The translations under genes and the position numbers were made by a program. This document shows, piece after piece, positions 40,178 to 49,732 of a DNA stretch of 64,000 nt. Location of the stretch: positions 1,376,001 to 1,440,000 of the forward strand of contig OZ255836.1 of assembly GCA_965277715.1 (NCBI GenBank), read 5' to 3'. Source of the stretch: Gammaproteobacteria bacterium. GTDB taxonomy: Bacteria; Pseudomonadota; Gammaproteobacteria; JBCCGL01. The number at the start of each line of letters is the position of its first letter. Positions within the stretch are counted from its first letter, which is position 1. The notes beneath the pieces were generated by a model, which worked only from the letters and a program-made list of their open reading frames with translations, was not told the origin of the DNA and ran no database searches.

Positions 40178-42979
40178 ATCGGCATCCTCCGGTTCACTGC
40201 GCGCCAATCGCACGCCGCGCTCGTCGATGATGATTTCTTCATCCTGTTCCAGTGGGTAGCGTTTCTCACGCGGGGGCATAAACATTTTGGTGCCGGGAAT
40301 GGTCTTTTTGTTTTCCTGTTTGTCACTGTTTAAGCTGACGATCTGTTTCCAGGTGCGCGTTAGGTCATCCGCTGTAATCACTAACAAGTCACCTGCTTTT
40401 GCGTGGGTGAGTGCGTAGTCAACGGCAGGTTCTTCATCGGCTATTACCTGGATGTTTTCATCGGCCACACCCGCTTCGAGTAGAAAGTGACGCAGTAGTT
40501 GGGGCAGCTCGTCGTAGCCACGACCACGGCGGTTAGTGTCGGCTTTACAGATAAAGTGGGTGAAGTGCGGTAGGCATGCTTTGACGGATTCGCGAATATC
40601 TTCATCGCGCCGATCACCCGGCACAGAAATAACAACCGTCCGATTGCCTTCGGGTTCCAGTTTATCGGCCAGTTCAGCCATAGCGCGGAATCCTGCCGGG
40701 TTGTGCGCGTAATCCAATATGACCTTAAAGGGGTGCTCATTGTAGATGTTAGTACGCCCTGGGCTTTGAAAGAATGAGGTGTCAAAGGTGCGCAAACCCA
40801 TGCGAATATCATCCAGATCCTTGCCAAAACTGTACGCCATCGCGGCGGCAAACATAGCGTTTTGTACATTGTGTATCGCCTTGCCCTCAATGGTCGCGGG
40901 GATCAGGTGCGACCATAGTAATGGGATGTGCGCGCCATTATCGTAGAGGGTAATCATATCGCCGTTGATGCCCTTCTCCAGTACCACAGCGCGCCCATTG
41001 GCGCGGATATGCTCGCGGACTAATCCGTGCGTTGGGTCCATGGTGATGTAGCATAGGTGTTTGGCACGGGTATTGTCCGCCATTTTCAAACACAGTTTGT
41101 CATCGGCATTCAATACCGCCGTATCGTTGGCGATGCGCACCACTGTCTCTTTGACTTTAGCGAGTTGTTCCAGGGTATTGATACCCCCTAAACCCATATG
41201 GTCTGCACTGATATTTATACAGGCGGCCACATCGCATTCGTGAAACCCCAAACCGGCGCGCAGGATACCACCACGTGCGCACTCCAATACAGCGAAGTCG
41301 ATGGTCGGATCGCGCAATACGATCTGTGCCGACTGAGGACCCGTCATATCGCCCTTCACTGTCACTTTACCGTCGACAAGAATACCGCCCGTAGAGGTCA
41401 TACCGACAATATGGCCGCTGGTTTTCATAATGTGGGTGAGCATGCGGGTGGTGGTGGTTTTTCCGTTGGTGCCTGTGATCGCCGCCATGGGTATACGGCT
41501 CGGTACACCTGGGGGATAGAGCATATCGAGTACTTTACCCGCCACATCGCGTGATTCACCTTCGCTGGGGGCAACGTGCATACGAAAACCAGGGCCAGCA
41601 TTGACTTCGACAATAGCACCACCCACATCTTTGTAGGAGTGGCTGATGTCATCGCTGATAAAGTCGACACCACCAATGTCCAAACCGATGGCACGCACAG
41701 CACGCACAGCCATCTCGCGATTATCGGGGTGCACTACATCGGTCATATCGATGGCTGTACCCCCCGTCGATAGATTCGCCGTTGAGCGCAAAAAGAACAC
41801 TTCGTCTTTTTTCAGCACTGTGCTGTCGGTATAGCCTGCCGCCTGCATCAACTGCTGTGCCTGTGTATCCAGCTCGATACGGGTCAACACTTTTTCATGG
41901 CCAATGCCACGGCGTGGATCAGCATTCACTTCATCAACCAGTCCGGCGATAGTCGTTTTACCATTTCCGATAATGTGGCCAGGCACGCGTTTGGCAACCG
42001 CAACCAGTTCATTATCGACGACCAGCATGCGGTGGTCGAAGCCGGTGACAAAGCTCTCTGCCAACACCGTGCGTGATCTACCCTGCTGTTTGGCGATATA
42101 GAACGCTTCACGCACTTGTTCATCCGTGGTCAAGTTGATACTGATGCCGCGCCCGTGGTTGGCATCAAGCGGTTTTATCACCACCGGGTAGCCAATTTTT
42201 TTCGCGGCACTCACCGCCCCATCTTCATCGACGAAGGTATATTGCCTCGGCACCGGCAACCCCATATCGAGCAGTAAGCGGTGTGTGCCCTGTTTATCAC
42301 TCGCCAAACCTGTGGCGATAGTGCTGGTGTCACTGGTTACCGTTGCCTGAATGCGCTTTTGGTATTTACCGTGGCCAAATTGCACCAGGCTATATTCGTT
42401 TAGTCGCAACCAGGGGATATGCCGTTCAACAGCGGCATCGACCAGCGACTGTGTGCTGGGGCCAAATTCGCGGCGCTGCGCACGGCGCACAAAGTCCTCC
42501 AACTCCGGTTCAAAATCGAAGTCGGCATCAATGGGGTAATCGATCTGTTGTTGCAATTCAGGCGGCAGTAAATGCATCAACAAACGCAGCGCCAAGTGCC
42601 CGGCTTCGATACCCGCATCGCGCTGCTTATAGGCGTAAACCATGTTATAGCACCCCGCCACACCGGTACTGCGGGTGCGCCCAAAAGATACACCTGAGCC
42701 AGCGATATTCTGAATTTCGAGGGCGACGTGCTCCATGATATGCCCCATCCAGGTGCCATCGTCCTCGGTCAGTCGACGGATAAACCCACCGGGCTTGCGA
42801 TATGAACAACCGTGTTCAGCCAGGCTGGGCAATGCCTGTTGCAGGCCATCAGTAAACCCCTTGCCGCACTTGACAGATGGCCATTCCAGTAGCACCCCCA
42901 AATCCAGCACCATACGAATAACCGGAAAGTTAGCGTAGACACTGGGGCCAACATAAACATTAGTAGCTGTTATTTTCAT
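40175..42979 (-). CDS. cphA: Cyanophycin synthetase CphA1
   Basis: N domain EHGCS...GHIMEH, FGPST, ATP-grasp KPLDANHGRG, ANLSTGG, Mur-like GTNGKTT, DYAHN. Confidence 0.96.
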   Translation of the reverse strand: MKITATNVYVGPSVYANFPVIRMVLDLGVLLEWPSVKCGKGFTDGLQQALPSLAEHGCSYRKPGGFIRRLTEDDGTWMGHIMEHVALEIQNIAGSGVSFGRTRSTGVAGCYNMVYAYKQRDAGIEAGHLALRLLMHLLPPELQQQIDYPIDADFDFEPELEDFVRRAQRREFGPSTQSLVDAAVERHIPWLRLNEYSLVQFGHGKYQKRIQATVTSDTSTIATGLASDKQGTHRLLLDMGLPVPRQYTFVDEDGAVSAAKKIGYPVVIKPLDANHGRGISINLTTDEQVREAFYIAKQQGRSRTVLAESFVTGFDHRMLVVDNELVAVAKRVPGHIIGNGKTTIAGLVDEVNADPRRGIGHEKVLTRIELDTQAQQLMQAAGYTDSTVLKKDEVFFLRSTANLSTGGTAIDMTDVVHPDNREMAVRAVRAIGLDIGGVDFISDDISHSYKDVGGAIVEVNAGPGFRMHVAPSEGESRDVAGKVLDMLYPPGVPSRIPMAAITGTNGKTTTTRMLTHIMKTSGHIVGMTSTGGILVDGKVTVKGDMTGPQSAQIVLRDPTIDFAVLECARGGILRAGLGFHECDVAACINISADHMGLGGINTLEQLAKVKETVVRIANDTAVLNADDKLCLKMADNTRAKHLCYITMDPTHGLVREHIRANGRAVVLEKGINGDMITLYDNGAHIPLLWSHLIPATIEGKAIHNVQNAMFAAAMAYSFGKDLDDIRMGLRTFDTSFFQSPGRTNIYNEHPFKVILDYAHNPAGFRAMAELADKLEPEGNRTVVISVPGDRRDEDIRESVKACLPHFTHFICKADTNRRGRGYDELPQLLRHFLLEAGVADENIQVIADEEPAVDYALTHAKAGDLLVITADDLTRTWKQIVSLNSDKQENKKTIPGTKMFMPPREKRYPLEQDEEIIIDERGVRLARSEPEDAD

Positions 42980-43081
42980 TGTTTTATTCCATCGTTAACC
43001 TTCGCCTCTAAGCGAATTTACATTGAGCAGGCCGTATTTTTTCAAAAGCATGACAAATAACAACAACGGGCGCAACACCCT

Positions 43082-43909
43082 TCACCGTTCTGCCTGATAC
43101 GCCTGCCGAGTGCCAATATCGAAACGGCAACCCTTTGAGAGGATATGCAGCTTCAGATTTAACAGGCTTAAAGCGTCTTGTCTCGATGTATCCCCCATTG
43201 ATGAATAACTTAAATCGGTGGGGTCGATAACCGTCACCGACCCACTGCCGACAACCTCAAAGGTTTGTCCATCGTCGATAAAAATTGCCGTGTCTTCGTC
43301 GATACCGACACCGATTAAAAATGGGTTGAATGCGATAGCCGTCAGCAATCTACCGAGCCTGTCGCGCTGACTGAAATGTTGGTCAATCAATAGCGCGTTG
43401 GTCAGTCCCAGCCCAGGCGCCAGGTTAACGCCATCGCGAGATGGTGCCGACCCTGTAGACCCACCTGCAATCATATGCTCAGGCATAATGGCAGCACCCG
43501 CCGAAGTGCCTGCAACATGCACACCACGTGCATTCAGGCGGCGGATTTTTTTCGCAATCCCAGTCCCTCCAAGAATAGTAGACAAGCGCAACTGATTACC
43601 GCCGGTAATAAATATGCCGCTGGCCTGGTCGAGCTGCTCCAGGTAGTCTTCCCGCTGTGCCTCAGCGCGTTCGTTAATCGACAGTGATACAGCGCTGGCA
43701 ACACCGATGCGTTTAAATATCTCAACGTATTTATCGCCGGTATCCGGCAGTGTCGAGGCTGTCGGAATAATCGCAATATGCGCCTTTCTGCCACCACAGA
43801 GTTTGGCAAAACGCTTTAGCACACGCGGTGACCCACCGCGCTCTTCGGCGCCCCCGATGGGGATGACATAACCACGTGTGTGGCCCGTTTTATCAGGTGA
43901 GGGGCTCAT
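43082..43909 (-). CDS. cphB: Cyanophycinase
   Basis: IGGAE, TGGNQ, GTSAG catalytic Ser, DQHF..R.R.GRL, GIDEDT. Confidence 0.95.
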   Translation of the reverse strand: MSPSPDKTGHTRGYVIPIGGAEERGGSPRVLKRFAKLCGGRKAHIAIIPTASTLPDTGDKYVEIFKRIGVASAVSLSINERAEAQREDYLEQLDQASGIFITGGNQLRLSTILGGTGIAKKIRRLNARGVHVAGTSAGAAIMPEHMIAGGSTGSAPSRDGVNLAPGLGLTNALLIDQHFSQRDRLGRLLTAIAFNPFLIGVGIDEDTAIFIDDGQTFEVVGSGSVTVIDPTDLSYSSMGDTSRQDALSLLNLKLHILSKGCRFDIGTRQAYQAER

Positions 43910-43916
43910 CGTTTAC

Positions 43917-45080
43917 TCATTGTTCAAATAAGCCCCGGATCAATAGATCGGTGTCACGTATATGCCAGACACCTTTCACCATGACACTGCTTATTTCGTG
44001 TCGGTCGTTCAAAACCAATAAATCAGCATCGAACCCCGTCGCCACAGTCCCTTTGTGGTGCAATTTAAGTAAGTGGGCAACGTTACTGGTCATCAACGGT
44101 AACACGGTTTCCAGGGGTAGCCGCTGATCCAGCATATTTTTAAAGGCAACGGCCAGGGCCGAGGATTTAGCAAACCCCATTTTCACTAAGCTACCCTGTG
44201 CATCAAAACAAGGCAGGCAACCACCCCCATCAGAGCTAATCGTCAGTTTGCCGGGGTCACAGCCTTTATCCAGGTAGCGTGCAACGGCCTGCTCGGCAGA
44301 CCAGCCCGTATCGGTATGATCCGCTGGGAATGCGGTAACATCGACAGTACAACCACGCGCCGTTAACTCACAGGCCTCTTCAAACAGGGGTTTGTTACGA
44401 TTGACGTGGGTTGGGTTAAACACGCGTGCGGGAATTTCACTCTGCGCCAAACAGTCGCGAATCATCGATAAACCGCGCACACCGTCACCGAGGTGAAAGT
44501 GCACAATGCCCGCTTTCCCCGTCATCAGGCCCGCCACGTGTGCCTCACTGGCCAGGCGCAAAATTTCATTGAGCGTCGGCTGGCTGGAGCGGTGATCGCT
44601 AAGCGCGACTTCACCCACACCAATCACCGGCTCCAGGTTGACAATATCGCTGCGTACTGATTCAGTGAGGGTGACCGCTGGCACGTGATAGCCGCCCGTG
44701 TAACACCAGGCTGACAAACCCTCTTCGCGCAGACCCATTACTTGAGTCAACAGTGTTTGTGGGGTGCGGGTTAGATCGTCAGTACCGAGTAGACCGATAA
44801 CACTGGTAACCCCAGCACGGGTAAATTGACTTAAGTGCAGTGGCGGCACCCGTGTAGAGGGCCCCGCCTCACCACCACCACCGGTAATATGGGCATGGGC
44901 ATCAATAAACCCAGGCACCAGGCGTGCGCCGTCGAGATCAACGGTGTTGACGATTAATTGCTCATCCAATTGTGGCAGGCGATCACTGATATGGATAATC
45001 TTCCCCGCACAGACCAGTACATGCCTGACCCCCAGCGGTTTGGGCGCGTAGACATCAGCGTTGATAATTAATTCGAACAT
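43917..45080 (-). CDS. iadA: Beta-aspartyl (isoaspartyl) dipeptidase
   Basis: GFIDAHAHITGGGGE, GLLGTD, GEVALSDHRSSQP, PTHVNR, SSDGGG. Confidence 0.95.
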   Translation of the reverse strand: MFELIINADVYAPKPLGVRHVLVCAGKIIHISDRLPQLDEQLIVNTVDLDGARLVPGFIDAHAHITGGGGEAGPSTRVPPLHLSQFTRAGVTSVIGLLGTDDLTRTPQTLLTQVMGLREEGLSAWCYTGGYHVPAVTLTESVRSDIVNLEPVIGVGEVALSDHRSSQPTLNEILRLASEAHVAGLMTGKAGIVHFHLGDGVRGLSMIRDCLAQSEIPARVFNPTHVNRNKPLFEEACELTARGCTVDVTAFPADHTDTGWSAEQAVARYLDKGCDPGKLTISSDGGGCLPCFDAQGSLVKMGFAKSSALAVAFKNMLDQRLPLETVLPLMTSNVAHLLKLHHKGTVATGFDADLLVLNDRHEISSVMVKGVWHIRDTDLLIRGLFEQ

Positions 45081-45189
45081 GGGGCAGGGAATGGCAAAAG
45101 CGCGCAATTTTAGAGCAGATAGGAAAAAAATGTCACCTTAATTGATATCTGATAATGTGTGACAGGAAATGCAAACAATGCCCACTCAA

Positions 45190-45837
45190 TCACACACAGA
45201 GATTCAATACCGGCAGATCAATACGCGCCCGTTTCAACCGATCCAGATCATCCGGTGTATCCACATCCCATAGAGGTTCAAGTTCCCCCCAACGCCAGTC
45301 AAGCTGCTGCAATCGCGCCCTGGTCTGCTGCATCACACCCGCCATACTCCATTGAATACCTGAAAACAGCGCGGGGTGGTAACGCCGTAGGCCAACCAGT
45401 ACATAGCCGCCATCCTCAGCGGGAATAAATGCCGCATCGCATCCATCGTGTAGCCATTTCGCGATATGTTGTAAATGCTCTACCGCCAGTACCGGGCAAT
45501 CACTCCCCACAAGAATTGTAAACGCATGGTGTTGTAATGCAGTATTCAGCGCATGGCCCATGCGCTCACCGAGATCACCGGGGCATTGCACACTCACCGG
45601 GCATGCCATTGTTGCCTGCATGTGATGCACCCAGGGGTGCTCACTGGGTTGATCCAACCATAACGTAGGTGCATAACCACTGGCAGCCTGCAATACCTGT
45701 AACGTGCGCGTAGCCAGTTGCATATGCAATACAGCGGCCTCGGCTTGCGTTAATGGTGGTTGTAAGCGGGTTTTTGGGCGCCCATTGGCAGGGCATTTGG
45801 CGAACATTTGCACGCACACCGAAGACCAGTCAATCAT
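45190..45837 (-). CDS. DUF2064/TIGR04282-type nucleotidyl- or glycosyltransferase (arsenosugar-cluster associated)
   Basis: FAK.P..G..KTRL, GDLGERM, GSDCP, PAEDGGYVLVG, DVDTPDD. Confidence 0.88.
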   Translation of the reverse strand: MIDWSSVCVQMFAKCPANGRPKTRLQPPLTQAEAAVLHMQLATRTLQVLQAASGYAPTLWLDQPSEHPWVHHMQATMACPVSVQCPGDLGERMGHALNTALQHHAFTILVGSDCPVLAVEHLQHIAKWLHDGCDAAFIPAEDGGYVLVGLRRYHPALFSGIQWSMAGVMQQTRARLQQLDWRWGELEPLWDVDTPDDLDRLKRARIDLPVLNLCV

Positions 45838-46570
45838 AGGGGGATTGCGCAGCATCCGGGCGGTAAAGCCGGGCCAGGTAAGCGGGTGAAACACCGATAA
45901 AATACAGCGAGCGCAAATACCACATATGCAACACAGTGCGCACGACACCCCGCGATTCCCAACGGCGGCTGGAGGTGACAATACGCTGTTCAATGCGCAG
46001 CGGGCGACACAGTATCCGCAGCCGCTTGCTAATGGCGATATCCTCCATCAGGGCAATGTGTGGATACCCCCCTACAGATTCGAACATTTCACGCGAGATA
46101 AATAAACTGTGATCGCCGGTCGCGACATGCGTGCAACGCACGCGCTGGTTCATCGCCCATTCGATAACACGTAACAACAGGCTGCGGCCAGATAACCGTA
46201 TCTGAAAATATCCCCATACTATACCGGGTGTACTCAGTGCCTGTTGAATGGCACGATCGGACTGCGCTGGCACCTGGCTGTCAGCGTGTAAAAACCACAG
46301 TAGTGCAGCGCTGGCCGCCCCCGCCCCGGCATTCATCTGTACAGCCCGGCCCGGTGCCGATTGCAGCAGTTTATCGACCAGTGGCAGAGCCAGTGCCATT
46401 GTCTTATCTGTACTGCCACCGTCAACCAGCAGTAGCTCACAACCGCGTATACGCATCGGCTGCAAAGCGAGCAACAGGGTTTCAATCGTTGCCGCTTCGT
46501 TAAGTACGGGAATAATAATCGATAGTGCTGGCCGCCCGGCAGCCTCTTTAGGCAGACAAGGCGCCGCCAC
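45830..46570 (-). CDS. GT2 glycosyltransferase, TIGR04283-type
   Basis: SIIIPVLNEA, VDGGSTD, GRAVQMNAGA, FLHADS, MED, TSSRRW; probable GTG start. Confidence 0.9.
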   Translation of the reverse strand: MAAPCLPKEAAGRPALSIIIPVLNEAATIETLLLALQPMRIRGCELLLVDGGSTDKTMALALPLVDKLLQSAPGRAVQMNAGAGAASAALLWFLHADSQVPAQSDRAIQQALSTPGIVWGYFQIRLSGRSLLLRVIEWAMNQRVRCTHVATGDHSLFISREMFESVGGYPHIALMEDIAISKRLRILCRPLRIEQRIVTSSRRWESRGVVRTVLHMWYLRSLYFIGVSPAYLARLYRPDAAQSPYD

Positions 46571-47504
46571 AGCTCGACCCCTGCCCCGCCGTACACCCAT
46601 AGCAATGATCGGCAATAGCGATGGGGTTGTCTTCAAGTTCACTGGTATTTATTTCGCTGATATGCCGACGCCTACCCGCCAGTGGCATAGCCAGTTGCTG
46701 ATTGAAATCACAGTCGTAAACATACCCCTGATAGTCGATGCTGATAGTACTGCGACACATCACCGCATCGAGATTGTCATCGCTGTGTGAGGATCTGAGC
46801 AAATCCATATAAGTGTGAAACTGGCCACGCGACACCAACGTGCTACCAAAGCGATTGATCGGCAAATTGGCGAGGGTGAGCAGTTTGTTAAAGCGCACGG
46901 TGTAGTGCTCCCACAGGTGCCGCTTATAGTCCGCTTCCAGGGTCTGCTGTGGGGGCGGTAACTCAGGCCCCTGCGGGTTGTAGACCAAGTCGATATTCAA
47001 ACCACTGCCATCGATGCCATAACCCAGTGCATTCAGCGCCTGTAAGCCGCGAATGCTCGATTCAAATACGTTATTACCCCGCTGCGAGTTGACATTATCT
47101 TCCATATAGCAAGGCAGAGAGGCGACGATATCCACCCCCTGAGTGGCCAGGTATTGCGCCAGGCCTGCCTGCCCTGGTTGTTCCAACACCGTGAGGTTAC
47201 AGCGGTCGATCACTCGCATACCCAGTGCCCGACCCGCCTCTAACAAGGGTTTGAACTGTTCATGCAGCTCAGGCGCCCCACCGGTTAAATCCAGTGTTTC
47301 CAGTGTGTTTGCCTGCATAAAGCCGATAATTGCCTGGGCGGTGTCGGTATCCATCATCTCCTTGCGGGTTGGCCCGGCATTCACATGGCAATGCAAGCAG
47401 CTTTGATTGCAGTAATAGCCAATATTGACTTGTAGGGTGCGCAGTTGGCTACGGCGTAACGGGGGGAAATCAGTGCTTTTTAACAGCGGGTAGGTTGCGT
47501 GCAT
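46548..47504 (-). CDS. arsS: Arsenosugar-biosynthesis-type radical SAM protein (DUF3641 C-terminus)
   Basis: CNQSCLHCHV, DLTGGAPE, SLPCY, YDCDFNQ, HCYGCTAGQGSSCGG. Confidence 0.9.
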   Translation of the reverse strand: MHATYPLLKSTDFPPLRRSQLRTLQVNIGYYCNQSCLHCHVNAGPTRKEMMDTDTAQAIIGFMQANTLETLDLTGGAPELHEQFKPLLEAGRALGMRVIDRCNLTVLEQPGQAGLAQYLATQGVDIVASLPCYMEDNVNSQRGNNVFESSIRGLQALNALGYGIDGSGLNIDLVYNPQGPELPPPQQTLEADYKRHLWEHYTVRFNKLLTLANLPINRFGSTLVSRGQFHTYMDLLRSSHSDDNLDAVMCRSTISIDYQGYVYDCDFNQQLAMPLAGRRRHISEINTSELEDNPIAIADHCYGCTAGQGSSCGGALSA

Positions 47505-47538
47505 TAGGCCTTCAGAGGTGATTCAGGGATTGTCAGGA

Positions 47539-48384
47539 TTAACCGTCAGCAGATACAGTGCTGTCGAGTTTGCGTTTAAACGGTAACAGTAACATACGCA
47601 GTAGATTTACACAGGTGTGATATTTCCCCTTGTGCGACAAACTCAGAGGCAATCCAATCGTCATCGATAGATGCCCTGCTTGTGGCTGTGCCTGATAAGT
47701 GCCAAACAGACGATCCCACAGGGCGATGCTGAAGCCAAAATTGCGGTTAGTCTCATTACCGTGAATTGAGTGGTGAACGCGATGCATATCCGGTGTCACC
47801 AGCAGGCAGCGCAAACCGCGATCAATCGATTTGGGCAGGCTAACATTACCGTGGTTAAACATCGCTGTACCATTAAGCAGTATTTCAAAAATAACCACCG
47901 CCACTAACGGTGGGCCAAGAGCAAGCACCAACACAAATTTAAACAACATCGACAACACAATTTCTATTGGGTGAAAGCGCAATGCGGTGGTGACATCAAA
48001 ATCCGGGTCAGCGTGGTGCACCCGGTGAATTCGCCACAGCAGGGGTACGTGGTGCGATATGACATGCTGAAAATAAATAGCCAGATCCAGCAATACAACA
48101 CTGGCAACTACCGCAGGCACAGTCGCTATATCAATCAGATTGAACACCCCCCAGCCATTAGCCTGGGCAACAGCGGCGATGCTCACCGCAGCGACAGGCA
48201 CTATCAGGCGTAACAAAACGACTCCCACCAACAGCAAACCGAGATTACCAAACCAACGAATGCGGCGTGAATAGTGTAATTTACGGCACGGTAGCCACCA
48301 CTCCCATACGGCCATGATGACAAACACACCTAAAAATATGGCGAGGCGTATCACTGGTTCGTGTTCAAAAATAACGTCTTTCAC
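47539..48384 (-). CDS. Sterol desaturase / fatty-acid hydroxylase family membrane protein
   Basis: His boxes HVISH, HRVHH, FNH, HRVHH; WDRLFGT. Confidence 0.92.
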   Translation of the reverse strand: MKDVIFEHEPVIRLAIFLGVFVIMAVWEWWLPCRKLHYSRRIRWFGNLGLLLVGVVLLRLIVPVAAVSIAAVAQANGWGVFNLIDIATVPAVVASVVLLDLAIYFQHVISHHVPLLWRIHRVHHADPDFDVTTALRFHPIEIVLSMLFKFVLVLALGPPLVAVVIFEILLNGTAMFNHGNVSLPKSIDRGLRCLLVTPDMHRVHHSIHGNETNRNFGFSIALWDRLFGTYQAQPQAGHLSMTIGLPLSLSHKGKYHTCVNLLRMLLLPFKRKLDSTVSADG

Positions 48385-48463
48385 TGCGTTGTCGCTACGT
48401 TAAAAATAGTCAGCATTCGGGGTTTGAACGCTATAATCATAAACCGTTCCATAGGTCACAGCC

Positions 48464-48721
48464 ATGCAATGCTATATCTATCGCAGTACCCGTAAGCAAG
48501 GTCTGTATATTTACCTGGATAAAATCGATGATTTTTCAGCGCTGCCCGCCGCGCTGCTAAAGCAGACCGGCAAACTCGAATTAGCCCTGGAGCTGGCGCT
48601 GACCCCAGATAAAAAACTACACTGTGAAGATGCCGCCAGGGTCATCAACAACCTGTCAAACCAGGGCTATCATGTACAAATGCCACAGTCGGTTGAATCT
48701 TTATTAAAGCTGGAAAACTAA
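48464..48721 (+). CDS. ycgL: YcgL domain protein
   Basis: CYIYRS.RK.GLYIY, LP..L, GYHVQMP. Confidence 0.9.
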   Translation: MQCYIYRSTRKQGLYIYLDKIDDFSALPAALLKQTGKLELALELALTPDKKLHCEDAARVINNLSNQGYHVQMPQSVESLLKLEN

Positions 48722-48728
48722 ACACGCG

Positions 48729-48760
48729 CAAAAAAAGGCAGCCAATGCCGCCTTTTTTTG
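48729..48760. terminator. Bidirectional intrinsic terminator
   Basis: A7-ggcagc-caat-gccgcc-T7 between convergent genes. Confidence 0.8.
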
Positions 48761-48807
48761 CACTTAACAGATATCGCCCAATCAGGCGCAGACAAATAGG
48801 CTTCTTG

Positions 48808-49131
48808 TTATTGAGGTGTACCCAGCCCGGTCTGCGAGGCGAAATAAGCCGCCAGATCGAGAATATCCTGATCACTCAGAGGCGCTACCATTCCGGCCAT
48901 AATGGGGCTGTTACGTGCGCCAGATTTATAGGCCTGTAATGACTGAACCAGATAATCTTCATGCTGACCCGCCAAACGTGGATTAGTGGGAATGGTGCTG
49001 TTTCCATCGACACCATGGCACGCCGCACAGGTGGTGGATTTCGATTTACCCGCCGCCGCGTCACCACCGGCCATTGCCGCACTACTCAGCGCAAGCAATG
49101 CGCCCGCTATTACAAATTGTACTTTTTTCAC
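48808..49131 (-). CDS. Periplasmic monohaem cytochrome c (c4/c553-like)
   Basis: Signal peptide, CAACHG, PRLAGQ, Met ligand. Confidence 0.93.
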   Translation of the reverse strand: MKKVQFVIAGALLALSSAAMAGGDAAAGKSKSTTCAACHGVDGNSTIPTNPRLAGQHEDYLVQSLQAYKSGARNSPIMAGMVAPLSDQDILDLAAYFASQTGLGTPQ

Positions 49132-49142
49132 TGCAAATACCT

Positions 49143-49463
49143 CTACTGAACGCTTTCAAAATAAGCGGCGATATCAGCCATATCCTGATCACTCAGGCTG
49201 GCTGCATTGGCGTGCATGGTTTTGTGGCCGCGTTGACCTGCTTTATAAGCTTGCAGCGCAGCGACAATATAGGCTGCGTGCTGACCACCCAATTTAGGCA
49301 CATGATATGTCGGGTATACATTGTTGTAATTGGGAATACCGTGGCAGCCCATACAAGTTTGTGCTTTGACTTTCCCCGCACCGCCATCGCCTGCGGCAAG
49401 TGCATTGCCGGTAGCCAGTGCGAGTACGCCCGCAATCAGTCCCAGTTTTATCAGGTTTTTCAT
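49143..49463 (-). CDS. Periplasmic monohaem cytochrome c (c4/c553-like)
   Basis: Signal peptide, CMGCHG, YHVPKLGGQ, Met ligand. Confidence 0.93.
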   Translation of the reverse strand: MKNLIKLGLIAGVLALATGNALAAGDGGAGKVKAQTCMGCHGIPNYNNVYPTYHVPKLGGQHAAYIVAALQAYKAGQRGHKTMHANAASLSDQDMADIAAYFESVQ

Positions 49464-49732
49464 TCAATCCCGCTCGCTAAATAATTGAAAATTGGCTGGA
49501 ACCCGTATCGATCAGCTTCGATAGCGTTCCGATCCTGACACACAAAAACACGGCTACAACAACTGCGTTCTGATCAAGACCTTCACATCTGACGCGGATA
49601 CTTTCACGTATACCGCGCGCATTCTACTTTGCTCTGTCAGGTTTTCAACCTGGAAACGCTGTTGAGTGAAAAAATAGGCTCAACTACACTACTGAAAATA
49701 GTCGATTTTTTACAAATATAGCCAACCCCACA

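Noticed and set aside
45130-45170. TGTCAC...GTGACA inverted repeat or pho-box-like sequence upstream of iadA
   Set aside because: The spacing does not fit an 11-bp pho repeat, and a 6-bp arm is too weak to assign.
46548-46600. Possible selenocysteine at the ArsS C-terminal SSxGG motif
   Set aside because: The codon is TGT (Cys) and the ORF reads through normally.
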